The notes under the pieces are model-generated. The model was not told the DNA's origin. It saw only the letters and a list, made by a program, of their open reading frames with translations, and searched no databases. Shown piece by piece: positions 12,918-24,290 of a DNA stretch of 64,000 bases. Made by a program: the position numbers and the translations under genes. The stretch comes from Podarcis filfolensis (taxonomy: Eukaryota): assembly GCA_964270895.1 (NCBI GenBank), contig OZ185435.1. One strand, written 5' to 3'. Within the stretch, counting starts at the first letter, position 1. The number at the start of each line of letters is the position of its first letter.

Positions 12918-13125
12918 CCAATCGCAGAAAATGATGTGAATGTGATGACATCATAAGGCCAAACAGCTACTGAGATTTAGCGCTGTGACGACATCATTGA
13001 CGGCACATGTAACTAGTTCAATGAGGTCAGTGCTTTGTGCCTCACATTACTCTCAATCTGGATTGGCAGGGAGGATAAGAAGCGCAGTTGCTATGACAGC
13101 TGCTACTTCCTCCTCCTAAGTAAGA
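12918..13125 (+). promoter_or_regulatory. Candidate testis/cilia-type promoter and non-coding first exon (CCAAT, CRE-like sites, RFX X-box, splice donor)
   Basis: CCAAT 12918-12922; TGACATCA 12946-12953; TGACG 12986 and 12998; TGAGGTCA 13022-13029; ATTGG 13062-13066; GTTGCTATGACAGC 13087-13100; donor AA|GTAAGA at 13120. Confidence 0.5.
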
Positions 13126-13714
13126 TGGGCACAACTACACAACCCTTTTCACAGCTACTGCTGAATATATTAGACTTGGCCTTTCCCTTTTACCCCTCCT
13201 GCTGAATTCTGTTTTCTCCCTTCTTATGGCACCACCTGGAAGGATAGATAAATGCCGTTTACTGGACCAACATCTCAATAACCTTCACAACACTGTTCTT
13301 CAAATGAAAAAAGGAGTGATTTAAGAGGCAATAAATCTGGTAGCGCTGGGTATATGAGAATGTCACACATGTCCTTGTAAAGGACTGCTGGGTATTGCTG
13401 CAGACCATGATGTGGTGATCTACTTCCCCATGCATGGAGGATACTGAGGAAGTTAGCTCACTGCCCAGTCCAGACCTCTTGAACTGCTGCAGCTGTGAAG
13501 AGGGCAGAGGATGGAGGCAGAGCTGGACCAAGGAGAACCCAGGGAAGGAGAAAAGGCAGCTGGAAGGCATCCCATGAGAGATGAAAGTGGAGCGGCAAAC
13601 CCCAGTGAGTGGTATCAGGAACAAACTATCACAGACTGGGGTGACCAGAGTATCCAAGGAGAAAGGAAATTAGAGCAGAGGTCAAGTGGAGAACACTATT
13701 CCTAGCTATTTCAT

Positions 13715-13960
13715 TACTTCATTATTTATTTATTATTTCATAAAATTTATACACCATTTGACTGTAAAAAAAACCCCAAAGCAGTTTAAAAATTGATTAA
13801 AAAAATAAAATCAAGAAAAATTTGCAAGTATACTTTAAAACATACAAAAATTATGATCTTAAAATAGATTAAAATTACCGTACCTCCACTTACTAAGCAT
13901 CTGGGGAGGCTTGTCTAAACAGGAATGTTTTTAACAGAAAGCTGATGAGGGCTGTCTGAG
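13715..13960 (-). mobile_element. L2 LINE 3' tail fragment
   Basis: ttatttatttatt...tttatacacc...caaagcagttt...aggcttgtctaaacaggaatgtttttaac, reverse of an L2 3' end. Confidence 0.55.
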
Positions 13961-14015
13961 GCAAAGGACAAGATGGTACTCCCCCTCCCCATTCCATGTC
14001 CAGAAGTTGTTCAGC

Positions 14016-14160
14016 TAGGGTTGCCATTTATCTGGCTGAATGTTCGGGGAAATCCGGACTTATGGCAGTTCATGCCGGCACTGCTGCTTTTGGGCAAAAC
14101 TTTAAAAAGCTCAATAACTTTTCTGTCTGGATTTTCACTGTTTCAAATATGGCAACCCTA
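14016..14160. mobile_element. MITE with perfect 12-bp terminal inverted repeats (hAT-like)
   Basis: TAGGGTTGCCAT (14016-14027) / ATGGCAACCCTA (14149-14160); no clear TSD. Confidence 0.75.
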
Positions 14161-14886
14161 GCCGGGCATCAACAGCATCCTCCTGAGAGCAGCAGTCTCT
14201 CTTAGGGGCCACATCACAAACTACATGGCCCTCATGGTTCTGTCCTCCAACAGCTCTCCATCATTTCTACTCTCTGCCCTGAAGCTGTGCAGAAGGTACT
14301 GTAGGGACACAGCACACAATTTGTAATACAGGCAAACATTATATGCTGGACATATTTATATATCTGGAATTGAAGGAACAAATCTGATGCAAAATAAACT
14401 TTTCAAGATTGCTTTTTTCTCTTGCTTTGTATTGAAATATAAAACAAGGTTTGCATTGCACTGTGAAAGACTGCTGGTTCCCAAGTGCAGTAAGAACTAC
14501 CGCTAAATGAATCTGACTATGCTTACTGGAAATCAATGTGAACCTGTCTTTTAAATTTGGATATTCCACAGTACTGATGAGATTCAAAATTATTCATTCA
14601 TTTATTTATTTTTAATCCCTGGGTAGCTTTGGTCTATAGAACTGGCTGTGCTGGAAGGAGTATGCAAGAGTCTCTTGCACATTTTTCAAGCTGGTCATCT
14701 CCCCTCCCTGTATATTGCCATTTAAGAGAATCATAGTGCAGTTGATGGTAACAACCTGTCCCCATTGTTCACTTTATCTGCCTAACCTGGGTTGCCAAGG
14801 GCTCATCCCATCCATCCAACACAAGAGACACAAAGGCCAGTTCAAAGTGAGACTGCCCTGGCACTCAGTTCTTCCATTGCACTGAC

Positions 14887-15223
14887 CTGGATCACATGAC
14901 ATGGTAAGTTAAACTATGGCTTAGTGAGACCATGCAAATGTGCATGCCTCCAGTGAGGAGCTTAGACACTTTGTTCTTCCCTGGTCCTTTTTTACTGTAG
15001 CAAGGCTAGTTCTTGGCTACATACCATGGTTAGTGGGGAGAAAGCTTAGCCCCAAGGCCTAGATGGGATTGCACACTATGCCAAACCTTGACTTAGATCT
15101 ACAAAGCACTTTAGTAAAAATGACTAGGGAGGAGAAAAGTGGCTGAGAGCTCGTCTCCCAGATCCCACATGTTTGAGCAGTCTTACTAAGCCATAGTTTG
15201 CTTTACCATGCTGCGCAAACCAG
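14887..15223. mobile_element. MITE with ~30-40-bp imperfect terminal inverted repeats
   Basis: catggtaagttaaactatggcttagtgag versus cttactaagccatagtttgctttaccatg. Confidence 0.65.
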
Positions 15224-15346
15224 TTCACTGTGACTAGAGCTTTTGGCAAGAAACAGGCACTGAATGCTCAGCATTACCAAAGAACACAACCCGTTAACAT
15301 AATAGCAGCTAGCCTTTCCTTCTGATTATAAGTTAACTTTCATTGA

Positions 15347-15440
15347 AGAACCTTAGAATAGATCAGGTCAATGTTCCATCTAGTCCAGCATCCTATTCTC
15401 CCACTGGCCAACCAGATGCCTATGGGGAACCTGAAAGCAC
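15347..15440 (-). mobile_element. CR1 3' end fragment
   Basis: gatcaggtcaatgttccatctagtccagcatcctattctcccactggccaaccagatgcc. Confidence 0.75.
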
Positions 15441-15986
15441 TGAGCTATAACTAGAACTATAAGCTGTCTCCTGAATAACAAAAACAATGTCCTACTTTCA
15501 GTGTCACAAAGGTTCCAGGTGGAATTCAACATTGTGCTCTTCCGACTGTTCCATCTGCATAAGCACTCTTACTTGGTAGACAGAACAATTCCTCCTTTCT
15601 CCTCCCCCACTGGTTCTAGGGATTCTCCTGACCCCCTCAAAGCCAAATTCAGGGACATAGGGGTTGTGTAGTGGGGAGAGAAGAGGGAAAGCCTTAGTCT
15701 GCAAGTGAAAGTCCTTGAGAAGTCCTTGAGAAGGCAATACCAGAAACATACTTACTGAGCAGGAAGATGGTATATACATGGAGTGTCAAGGGTCTTATTG
15801 TCAGTTTTTCCTCTTATTAGTCATGTGCTCACTCACAGGACAATTAGTGTTCTATTTCCACACATGGAAGTTATTACCCTGAAATTATAGCAGTTACTAC
15901 CACCAGTGAAACTGTATGGCTTCAAACCACGTGAGCGTGCTTGGCAATACAAACCACTTTAAAGTTTAGTGTCACTGCTGCTAATT

Positions 15987-16130
15987 TATTATTATTATTA
16001 TCATCATTATCATCATAATCTTCATCATCATCATCATCATCATCTTGCCCTTCACCCTAAAGTCCCAGGGTGCATGACAACAATTAAAACACAATGTTAA
16101 GAATAGTTTTAAACAACTTATAATCACAAA
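15987..16130 (-). mobile_element. L2 3' tail with (TAT)n/(CAT)n microsatellite
   Basis: Trinucleotide run followed by ttgcccttcaccctaaagtcccagggtgc..acaacaattaaaac. Confidence 0.55.
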
Positions 16131-16223
16131 AGTAAGGTGGGTACAGCTCAAGTGTCAAAAGCTAGGGTCATGTAGTAATAGCGGTCATGTAAACAGTTAT
16201 GATGAATTAATGACACCAGAAGC

Positions 16224-16492
16224 CAGGGCTGGCTCTATCATTAGGCAGAGTGAAGCAACTGCCTCAGATGGCAGATCCTGAGGAGCAGCACGCCTTCTGC
16301 GTCAAATAAGCTAGCCTACTCGGCACCTCCTAAGGTAGTATGCTGCCCTCAGATACAGTGGAATATATTGTCCCATTAGAAGTGTCAGAGTAAGATTCAA
16401 CTGCTAGTCCAGGCAGATTGCGGGTGTGGAATTGGGCAGAAGGACCATTTTGTCCTTCACCTCAGGCAGCAAAATGTATGGTACTGGCCCTG
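16224..16492. mobile_element. hAT-like MITE
   Basis: Ends CAGGGCTGG / CTGGCCCTG; degenerate 8-bp TSD CCAGAAGC / CTAGAAGA. Confidence 0.65.
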
Positions 16493-17324
16493 CTAGAAGA
16501 ATTCTGTCATAACCACTGTCAAAAGACAACTGGGCCATACTATTGCAAACTACCTCAGGACAAACATGGAAACACGTTAACAATTTGGAGAAGGGTTTTC
16601 ATCTCCATTAATACCAGCACAGAAAATGGCTTTATTTCATACTGACAGCAACAACTTGAATGTAGTCACTTGTCACTCTAAAAGCACAAACAGAGTTCAG
16701 TAGGGACAGCAGTTTTGCTGTTGTTCACAAATGAGCACTTAAATAATTGAAAGATTCTTTTGTAGCAATCACTTATTTTTCTGTAATTACTATAATAAAT
16801 GTTTGCATTTATGCTGCAGAGCAAAATACAAAGTCATAAAATTAATAAACAGAGGTATGTATAATCTATCTATCTCCTTCATGGGCTGGTGCTTTTAACT
16901 ATTCTAGGGCAAGGGTTTCAAGTATATTTCACTTTGGGTATATCAGTCAAAAAAGCTAAAATGCAGCACTAAGGATGGCTCTCAGTGACAGCTTTTAACA
17001 TGAAGTATCAATAAAAAAGACCATAAATATATATGAAAAGGTCAAAAAGAATAGGCCTTGTTTTCTTGCAGCATCAGCAATTCTCCACAAGTAAATTCAA
17101 TAAAATCCCCATACTATCTACTTCTGGAGTCGTTCTATTGTCTTCAGTGGAAAACCTCCAAGACATGCAGTTTTTATTCCACAGTTACATTGCCTTTACA
17201 ATTGCCTAACTGGTAGCCACACCATAAAAACCATGACTTTTTTCATAACAGTACATAGTCCTGATGAACTATCAATACCTTTCTATGGAAACAATTGCGA
17301 AGGCCTTGGTTTAAGCGGCACATA

Positions 17325-17488
17325 CCATATTTTTCCGTCTATAAGATGTCCCCATGTATAAGACGCCCCCTATTTTGGGGACTCAGATTTAAGAAAATGG
17401 GGGCAGATGGCCCAGAGTATAAGACACCCCCTAATTTTTGACATTATTTTTTAGGGGGGAACCTAGTCTTATACACAGAAAAATACAG
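17325..17488. mobile_element. Tc1/mariner (pogo/Tigger-type) MITE
   Basis: TA TSDs; TIRs ccatatttttccgtctataagat / gtcttatacacagaaaaatacag; repeated tataagac motifs. Confidence 0.8.
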
Positions 17489-18199
17489 TAATTACTAAGA
17501 ACACCATGCTTGCTAGGTTTTATATATCACATAGTTTATTTAAAAAGCTACATTTGCAAAGTAAGTTAAGACATCAGCACACAAGAAATGAAGAGATCTG
17601 GCAATTCTGAGAGGCACTGGATGGCTATGACCTATCAAACACAGAAGAATTTGGTTCTGAGTAAATAATAACAATAGGATTATGCTGAAAAGCTACAGTC
17701 CTATGCACACTTGGTAGTAAATCCCACTAAATTCAGCACAATTTGTTTCTGTAAATAACCCTTCCACAGTTCTGCCAAGCTAGATTATGAGAAGAACTGA
17801 ATAGAAGAGTACCAGATAGGTCCTTGAGGGTGAGAGGCAACATGTAAGGCCTAACTAGTAAAGCATAACAATAAGTCTTTAAAAGCACTATCAGTGTTGC
17901 AAAGACTTTAAGTAATCATGAGCTGGACTCTGCTAGCTTTGTGAAACAAGGGAAGATGCCTTCCTTCACATCTTGCTTTTCTGAAGTAATCTTGGCAATG
18001 CAGGACACAAGGCCTCCTCACCTAAGGGAGGCATCTTGGCAAGCTTTTGGGCACAGTTTCATGATATCCCTAGCAGAGATGCAGATTGCAGTTTAAGGGC
18101 CAAGGGGGGGAAAGCCATTCTGGATGGTGAGGGATTCCCTTCAAATATGAGAATTGGGAAATGAAGCCTACTTTCTGCAATAACCTACTTTGATGTCAT

Positions 18200-18428
18200 G
18201 CCAGCACTATGCAAAAGCCTTTTTTTAATTTTCTCAGGCATGTTAATTTGTGCGTTTTTACTGTTGATACTTGGGTTTTAGCCTGTTCTCTTACTTGCTG
18301 TTTGACTTTATTGTTGTTGTTTTATAAAGCTTTTATTATTGTTTATTTGTGCTGTGTTTTTTATATTTTACTGGAAGCTGTAAGATTGTTTTTGAAGGAT
18401 GACGTATAAATACTTTAAAATAAATAAA
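18200..18428 (+). mobile_element. L2 3' UTR/tail fragment
   Basis: T-rich tract ending gaagctgtaagattgtttttgaaggatgacgtataaatactttaaaataaataa. Confidence 0.5.
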
Positions 18429-19084
18429 CAGACGAATGCTTTAGATTTATTGGAGAAATAACAAGGTGATTACATAATATCAAATTTCTCTAGGAAGCTA
18501 GTAATAAATATGGTGTAAGTAAGGGCAGATGCCACGTTGGACCAAGAAAGCAAAACACATGAAAGAGATGAGAGACTTCTAGAAACTTGGTCAAAGTACA
18601 GCATTTGTCCATCATGCTTCCATTGCATGTCAGTGAGCATGGAATCAAAGGCAGTCATCTGAGTTAATAGCACCCCTTCCAAGTTTACCCCACTTCTCCT
18701 CAGAACCCTTTGACCTTTTTCTGTAACTGCTCACATCCATTTTCATTCAGTTTTGTCCTGCAGTGGACAGAGCTTTGCTGTTCATGCACAGCTACTGTAC
18801 TGATGCCTATACATATGTGGTTAAACCAGTATCATTTCACGTTCTGCCATTTTAAAATGAATGCATAAATAAATAAAAATCTCTCAGTATCTTTGTGGAT
18901 GCTCTTGTATATATATCGGGACCTGAACACCATTTATTCTTCCTTGTTTTATGGATTACCATATAGAAACTGTATGATTTTTATTGTTTCATTTATACTG
19001 TGTTCTGCCTTAGGTGCACAATGTGATAAAAAACGATTAACAAAATCTATAGATAAGTAACCTGAGTGCCTTCCTGAAATGCCG

Positions 19085-19350
19085 CTTTTGTGCAAACTGG
19101 AGCATTTCAGGAATGCAGTGGCACAGCACAGTGCCACTGCCACTTACCTGGGTGGTACCAGGCAGGGCAGGATAGTAGTGAGGTCAGGACTTTGTAGGCA
19201 CACTGGTGCAGTGCTAGAGGGTGTCACACAGCCCCAAACTCAGCTTGCCCTGCTTCACCCCCACAATAGCCACATAAGTGGCAGTGACACAGCACTGCCC
19301 CACTACCTCAGCAACACCTGGTGCCATGACACACCCCAGTATTTCAAAAG
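19085..19350. mobile_element. Foldback (palindromic) MITE-like element
   Basis: Nested inverted arms: cttttg..aaactgg / ccagtatttcaaaag; gtgccactgccactta / taagtggcagtgacac; gcagggcag / ttgccctgc. Confidence 0.6.
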
Positions 19351-19635
19351 CAGAAAAACCACAGTGTGTTGATGAAACATGTTTACAGACTGATTTACAG
19401 AGGAGCTGTGGGGGAAAAGAAGAACCTCTCAGACCATGCCTAGAAATAATGGGACAAACGGAAGCAATCATGGGACAAAGGGGAGTGTGGGTGAGCCCTT
19501 AGTCAGAAGACTGGGTAGTGTATTTGCTCCAGGTTTTGCACAGTGCCACACACAACTGACTGCCAACCTCACCCACTTTCTCCAAGAGAAGTAGCATACT
19601 ACTGAAAATATGCAATCAAGATAGGGTAGGCTTAA

Positions 19636-19986
19636 AAAGGTAAATGGACCCCTGACCATTAGGTGCAGTCATGACCGACTCTGGGGTTGCGGCGCTCATC
19701 TCACTTTATTGGCTAAGGGACCCGGTGTACAGCTTCCGGGTCATGTGGCCAGCATGACTAAGCTGCTTCTGGCGAACCAGAGCAGCACCTGGAAACACCA
19801 TTTACCCTCCTGCCGGAGCAGTACCTATTTATCTACTTGCACTTTGACATGCTTTCGAACTGCTAGGTTGGCAGGAGCAGGGACCGATCAATGGGAGCTC
19901 ACCCCGTCACGGGGATTTGAACCGCCGACCTTCTGATCGGCAAGTCCTAGGCTCTGTGGTTTAACCCACAGCGCCACCCGCATCCC
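19636..19986 (-). mobile_element. Full-length Sauria SINE (lacertid type)
   Basis: Reverse complement of gggacgcgggtggcgctgtgggttaaacc...ggggtcc(a)tttaccttt; TSD AGGGTAGGCTTA (19623-19634) / AGGGTAGGATTA (19987-19998). Confidence 0.95.
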
Positions 19987-21393
19987 AGGGTAGGATTATC
20001 CCACCCTAAATGCAAAATGGGGCTTTGATAAAGTACAGCTAGATTTTTATTTTACATGTGTTGCTCATTGAGTGACATTTATATGTAGCTTCTGTAAAAT
20101 GCTTTTTCTATTAAGCTGTAAAATGTAAATTTGGACCTCAACTGTACAGAACAGAAAGTCTCAGGAAATGGTATAACAACTTCTTTCATTCTGCTTAGTT
20201 TCGATGAAGGTAGGATTGATTGACAATCTTTATTACTCAACAGCAGTTGTTCAGTGGCCTAAGGGAAATAAGCCTGAGCTCAGTTCCAAGTAGACAACTG
20301 TCCAAATTACAGTATAGCATAATCACAGTTAAACCTTTTTTGACAAGTCCCACCAGTGGGGCCAACAGCCTATAAAGCAGAATAACATGCTATGCTTTGA
20401 ACTGATATTCTTAGGTCAAGTTTATTTACTTTCTTTTCACACTAATATTCCACCATTCTCCAAGGAATTCAAATCCTCATACAACAGCAACTTCACAACA
20501 ACCCTGTGTGGTAGGTTGAACCAAGTTGTCTCTCTTCTGAGCAGGGATTTGAACAAGGGTCCACAGGTTTGCATAAAGTGTAAGCCAATTCATGTTAAAT
20601 GTTCTTGAGAAAGTCTCCCAATACTGGAGCAGAAAGTCCTTGAACTAAATGTATAGGAGTGTAAAGGTAAGATAACTCCCTTTAAGTTCTTCTAAATCAA
20701 TTTCACGCCAAAGAGAACCAATATATCATGAGATTCTTGGAAGCAACAGGCAGAAATTGCACCAACTTTCCTCCATTATCAGAGTTTCATTCTAACTTGG
20801 CTGAAGTATCCAGAGATGAGCCTGGCACAAGGGTTCCACTAAGGACATCTTTGTGTTCAATCAATGTGAACCAACTATGCAGCAAGATGGTAGATAGAAT
20901 GGGCTGGCTGGTTCTTTGCCTTCACACTCTGTCCCGACTATAATATTGCTGATTACTGTTAATATTACTGAAGCATAAAGGGCACGTGTTGAGCAGAATT
21001 TCAAGCACAATTTCAGAAATATGAACGTTCCCTTTCATGCAAGGGTGGGGGACCCCTGCATCTGGAATAGGATAGGCAGAGAGGTGCCACGGCAGAAAAT
21101 TGATACATAAGTCAAGTTATTTGTCACTGTCAGCATGTGTTATTTGTGCCAATTCCCATTCACTGGAAATATCACCACTGATGCTCAACAATGTGTTCAT
21201 GGGAAGATACCATGTATATTTGAAATGTGAATTTCTTCCTTTGAATTGCTGGCTGGCAATGCAAAGGATCTTTCTCTTCAAATAAGCTGCTCCTTCAAAG
21301 GAAAAATGTTCCTCTGCATCATCTGATGTCATTGTGACATCAGGTGATTGACAGTGCGGGCAGCTAGCTACAAACACAATTGAGGATTATACT

Positions 21394-21500
21394 TTATGCA
21401 TCTGATGAAGTGAATTCAAACCCAGAAAATCTTATGCCATAATAAATTTGTAAGTCTTTAAGGTGCCACAAGACCTTTCATGGTTTTTGATCCAGCAAAT
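21394..21500 (+). mobile_element. Penelope-like terminal fragment with degenerate hammerhead ribozyme core
   Basis: ttatgcatCTGATGAagtgaattcaaacccaGAAAatcttatgccataataaatttgtaagtctttaaggtgccacaagac. Confidence 0.65.
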
Positions 21501-21859
21501 GACAGTCTTTGACTAAGTCCTAATTCAATCAGTGGGACTTAGGTTACTCACAATCAACAGAAATCCCATTGATTTCAATGGGACTTAATCAAGATTACAA
21601 ATGCAAGGCTCGTATCAATGCAGTTATGAGCATGTTTTCTTAGAACTAAATCTTACTCTCTTTGCCATGGCTTACACACTAGCAGGGCTGGCCCAATACA
21701 TTTTGTTGCTTGAGGCAGAACATGGAATGACACTTCCATCCACACACACATCAAGGTACAAAGTACTAAAGGCTGGTCAAGTTATTTTGACACCTCAGCC
21801 AATACATCCCCAAAGCATCTCTCCCTGCATGGAAAAATACAATTTCCTGTCCTTTCATG

Positions 21860-22287
21860 ACATCTAACATTGTTCAGCTCCCTGGGGTGACCACATCACT
21901 CTGTCTAATGATAGGGCTGTTCCTGCTCACAGGTAGCAGTATGCAGAATTCCATTACTTTCCTTTCCAAGTTGTTGTGCATGGGATGGCAACACAAGAAC
22001 AAGCTTTTCCTGCAGTGGCTCCCCATTTGTGGAAAGTTTTCCTCAAGGAGGTTCACCTGGCACCTAAAGATATATACTGAAGGCTCCAGGCAAAAACGTT
22101 CCTCTTCAACCAGGCCTTTGGCTGATTAGTATTCTATAGGCTTTTAAATGTGTTTGGGGGGGTGTTGTTTTGTTGTTTTGGTTTTAACTATTTATTTGTG
22201 CTTTTGCCTTGCATTTTTATCTTGTGAACTGCCCTGAGATCTTGGGATGAAGGTCGGTATGCAAATTTAATTATTTATAATAATAAT
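21860..22287 (+). mobile_element. L2 LINE 3' fragment
   Basis: gaccacatcactc...agcttttcctgcagtggctccccatttgtggaa...caaaaacgttcctcttcaaccaggcctttggc followed by an AT-rich tail. Confidence 0.75.
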
Positions 22288-24171
22288 CCAAAACATGCCT
22301 GTGAGAGAGTAAGTCCAACTAAATTCAGTGGTGCTTACTTCTGAGTAAATGTGCATGAGAGCAGACTGCCTGTCACACAGTCTCTGATTGGCTGGATTGT
22401 GTCCTGCATTTATAGACATGTATGGCAAGAATTCAAAAAAATCCTTCTTAACCACTAAACTGAACAGTGAACACTGTTTTATTACCACATGCATTCACTT
22501 GAGTGTGCTTGTAGGACATTAATTTCACACATGGCTGGGCATAAATACAAACCTGGTTTCCAATTCACCCTTACAAAAGATGTGTCAATTAAAAAAAGAA
22601 AGAAAAAGTTTCAGTCTTGAGTAAGAGTGCAAAAAACCTCAGTTTGCAGATATAGTGAACGAACTGCATCAAGTCTACCAATTGTGTAATTAATTGGTTT
22701 TAAAAGATACACAATGATCAGGAAAATAACATGTATCTTAGGGTGGACATGTGAAAGCAACCTAAAGAAATCTTAGAGATTAGTGGCCTAAAAGTGATAG
22801 AGATGCTGCCTTTCTAACAAGGCTATAGATACTTCAAGACTACTGCTATTTTGTGGGTGGAATTCAATTGTGTGCTGGTAAATTCAAGTTAGGTTAATAA
22901 AGTGGATTTGGTGCTCTTGCAAAACATACTTCTCCTGCTTCTTCTTTGAAATGGCTTTTGTGACAAGGGAAATGAGGAAATTCACTGACAAGTGTGGGAT
23001 AGCAACTGTTTGCAGCAATGTCACATAACTTCCCTACAATAAAGCAGGATGAATGCTCAACAAACAAACAACATTGTATAAATTCCCAATAAACTTTGGG
23101 GATTGTAGCCTATTAAATTTTACTTCAGTAGACCCATTGTAATAAATGGACCTAAGTTAGTTGTATTTATTAATTCCAATAGACTTACTCTAAGTATGAC
23201 TAACACTGGATAAAACCCTGTGCAAACAAATCAGGACGAATCCTCAGTAAACAGGCCATCCAGGAGTGACTTATGTGCTGCAGTTAGTTTCAAAAACCCA
23301 GCACATCTTCAGATTTGCTGAAGTATAGATGGTAAGATTTTGCCATTGTTCCCCTCTGAAAATGCTTTGTCTGATGCATTTAAGATAGCTGCATTAAGAA
23401 TGACCTGAAAACGTGTAAAATTCATTGTCAACAATGTGGTTTTATTGAACCAGAACAGTGCAACACTTATTTGTTTTGCTATTTGAAAATCCGCAGCAGA
23501 TACTGTCTGACACCTACAGGCTACCCAGTGTGGGCAAAATAAACTTAGGCAGAGTGGAAATGTTCCCAGAAATCAACATTCTCAGTTAATTGTAATTCTT
23601 ACAGTGGTGACTAGCACACTGATATGTCACTGCTCCAGACACCTGCAAGCTAGACTACAATAATGATTTAAATACTAATTAATGCTGCTCTAAACATATT
23701 ACTAGAGTCAGCACAAGAGAAAGAACGATAACCATACAAATTTGCAATGGTAGATTCAAGTCTCCAAGATAAAGGTACTGCTTCAATTACATCTACCTTT
23801 GTTTTGCTGCCATAGTTGCAGCTAACATCCTTAAGGAAGCTATTTGAAAGTGCCCTCAAAAGAGGATGCCCATTATTAGTTAGATTTCCCTCTTACACAC
23901 ACACAATTTTTCCATTTCCGTCAAATTTCCATAGACCACCTCTTCCAAACAACCACCTGCTTAGCTGCTACATATCTCTGCATCCTTACTCTAAAAAGAA
24001 ACTTGTGCAACAATTAAAATTAGAAAATTTTAAAAAATACAAATCTTTAATATTCTGGACATTACATGCTAGGGATTAGTCTCTTTAACAACATGCCCGC
24101 TACAGAGAGAAAACCAGAGGGGAAAATCTAGAAGGTGATAGGACTTTGCTGAATGACTAGATTATCCTTTG

Positions 24172-24290
24172 GCGGCGCGGCAGCAGCGGGAGGCCCCATT
24201 AGCTAAAGTGGTGCTTCAGGTTAAGACCAGTTTCAGGTTAAGAATGGACCTCCAGAAAGAATTAAGTAATTAACCCGAGGTACCACTGTA
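24172..24290. mobile_element. Tigger-like MITE, one end only
   Basis: ttcaggttaagaac-type repeats ending ttaacccgaggtaccactg|TA. Confidence 0.8.

Noticed and set aside
18494-18514. 21-nt microexon-like segment (EASNKYG, Ig-strand-like) with GTAAGT donor
   Set aside because: Short pyrimidine tract and no supporting neighbouring exons; expected by chance.
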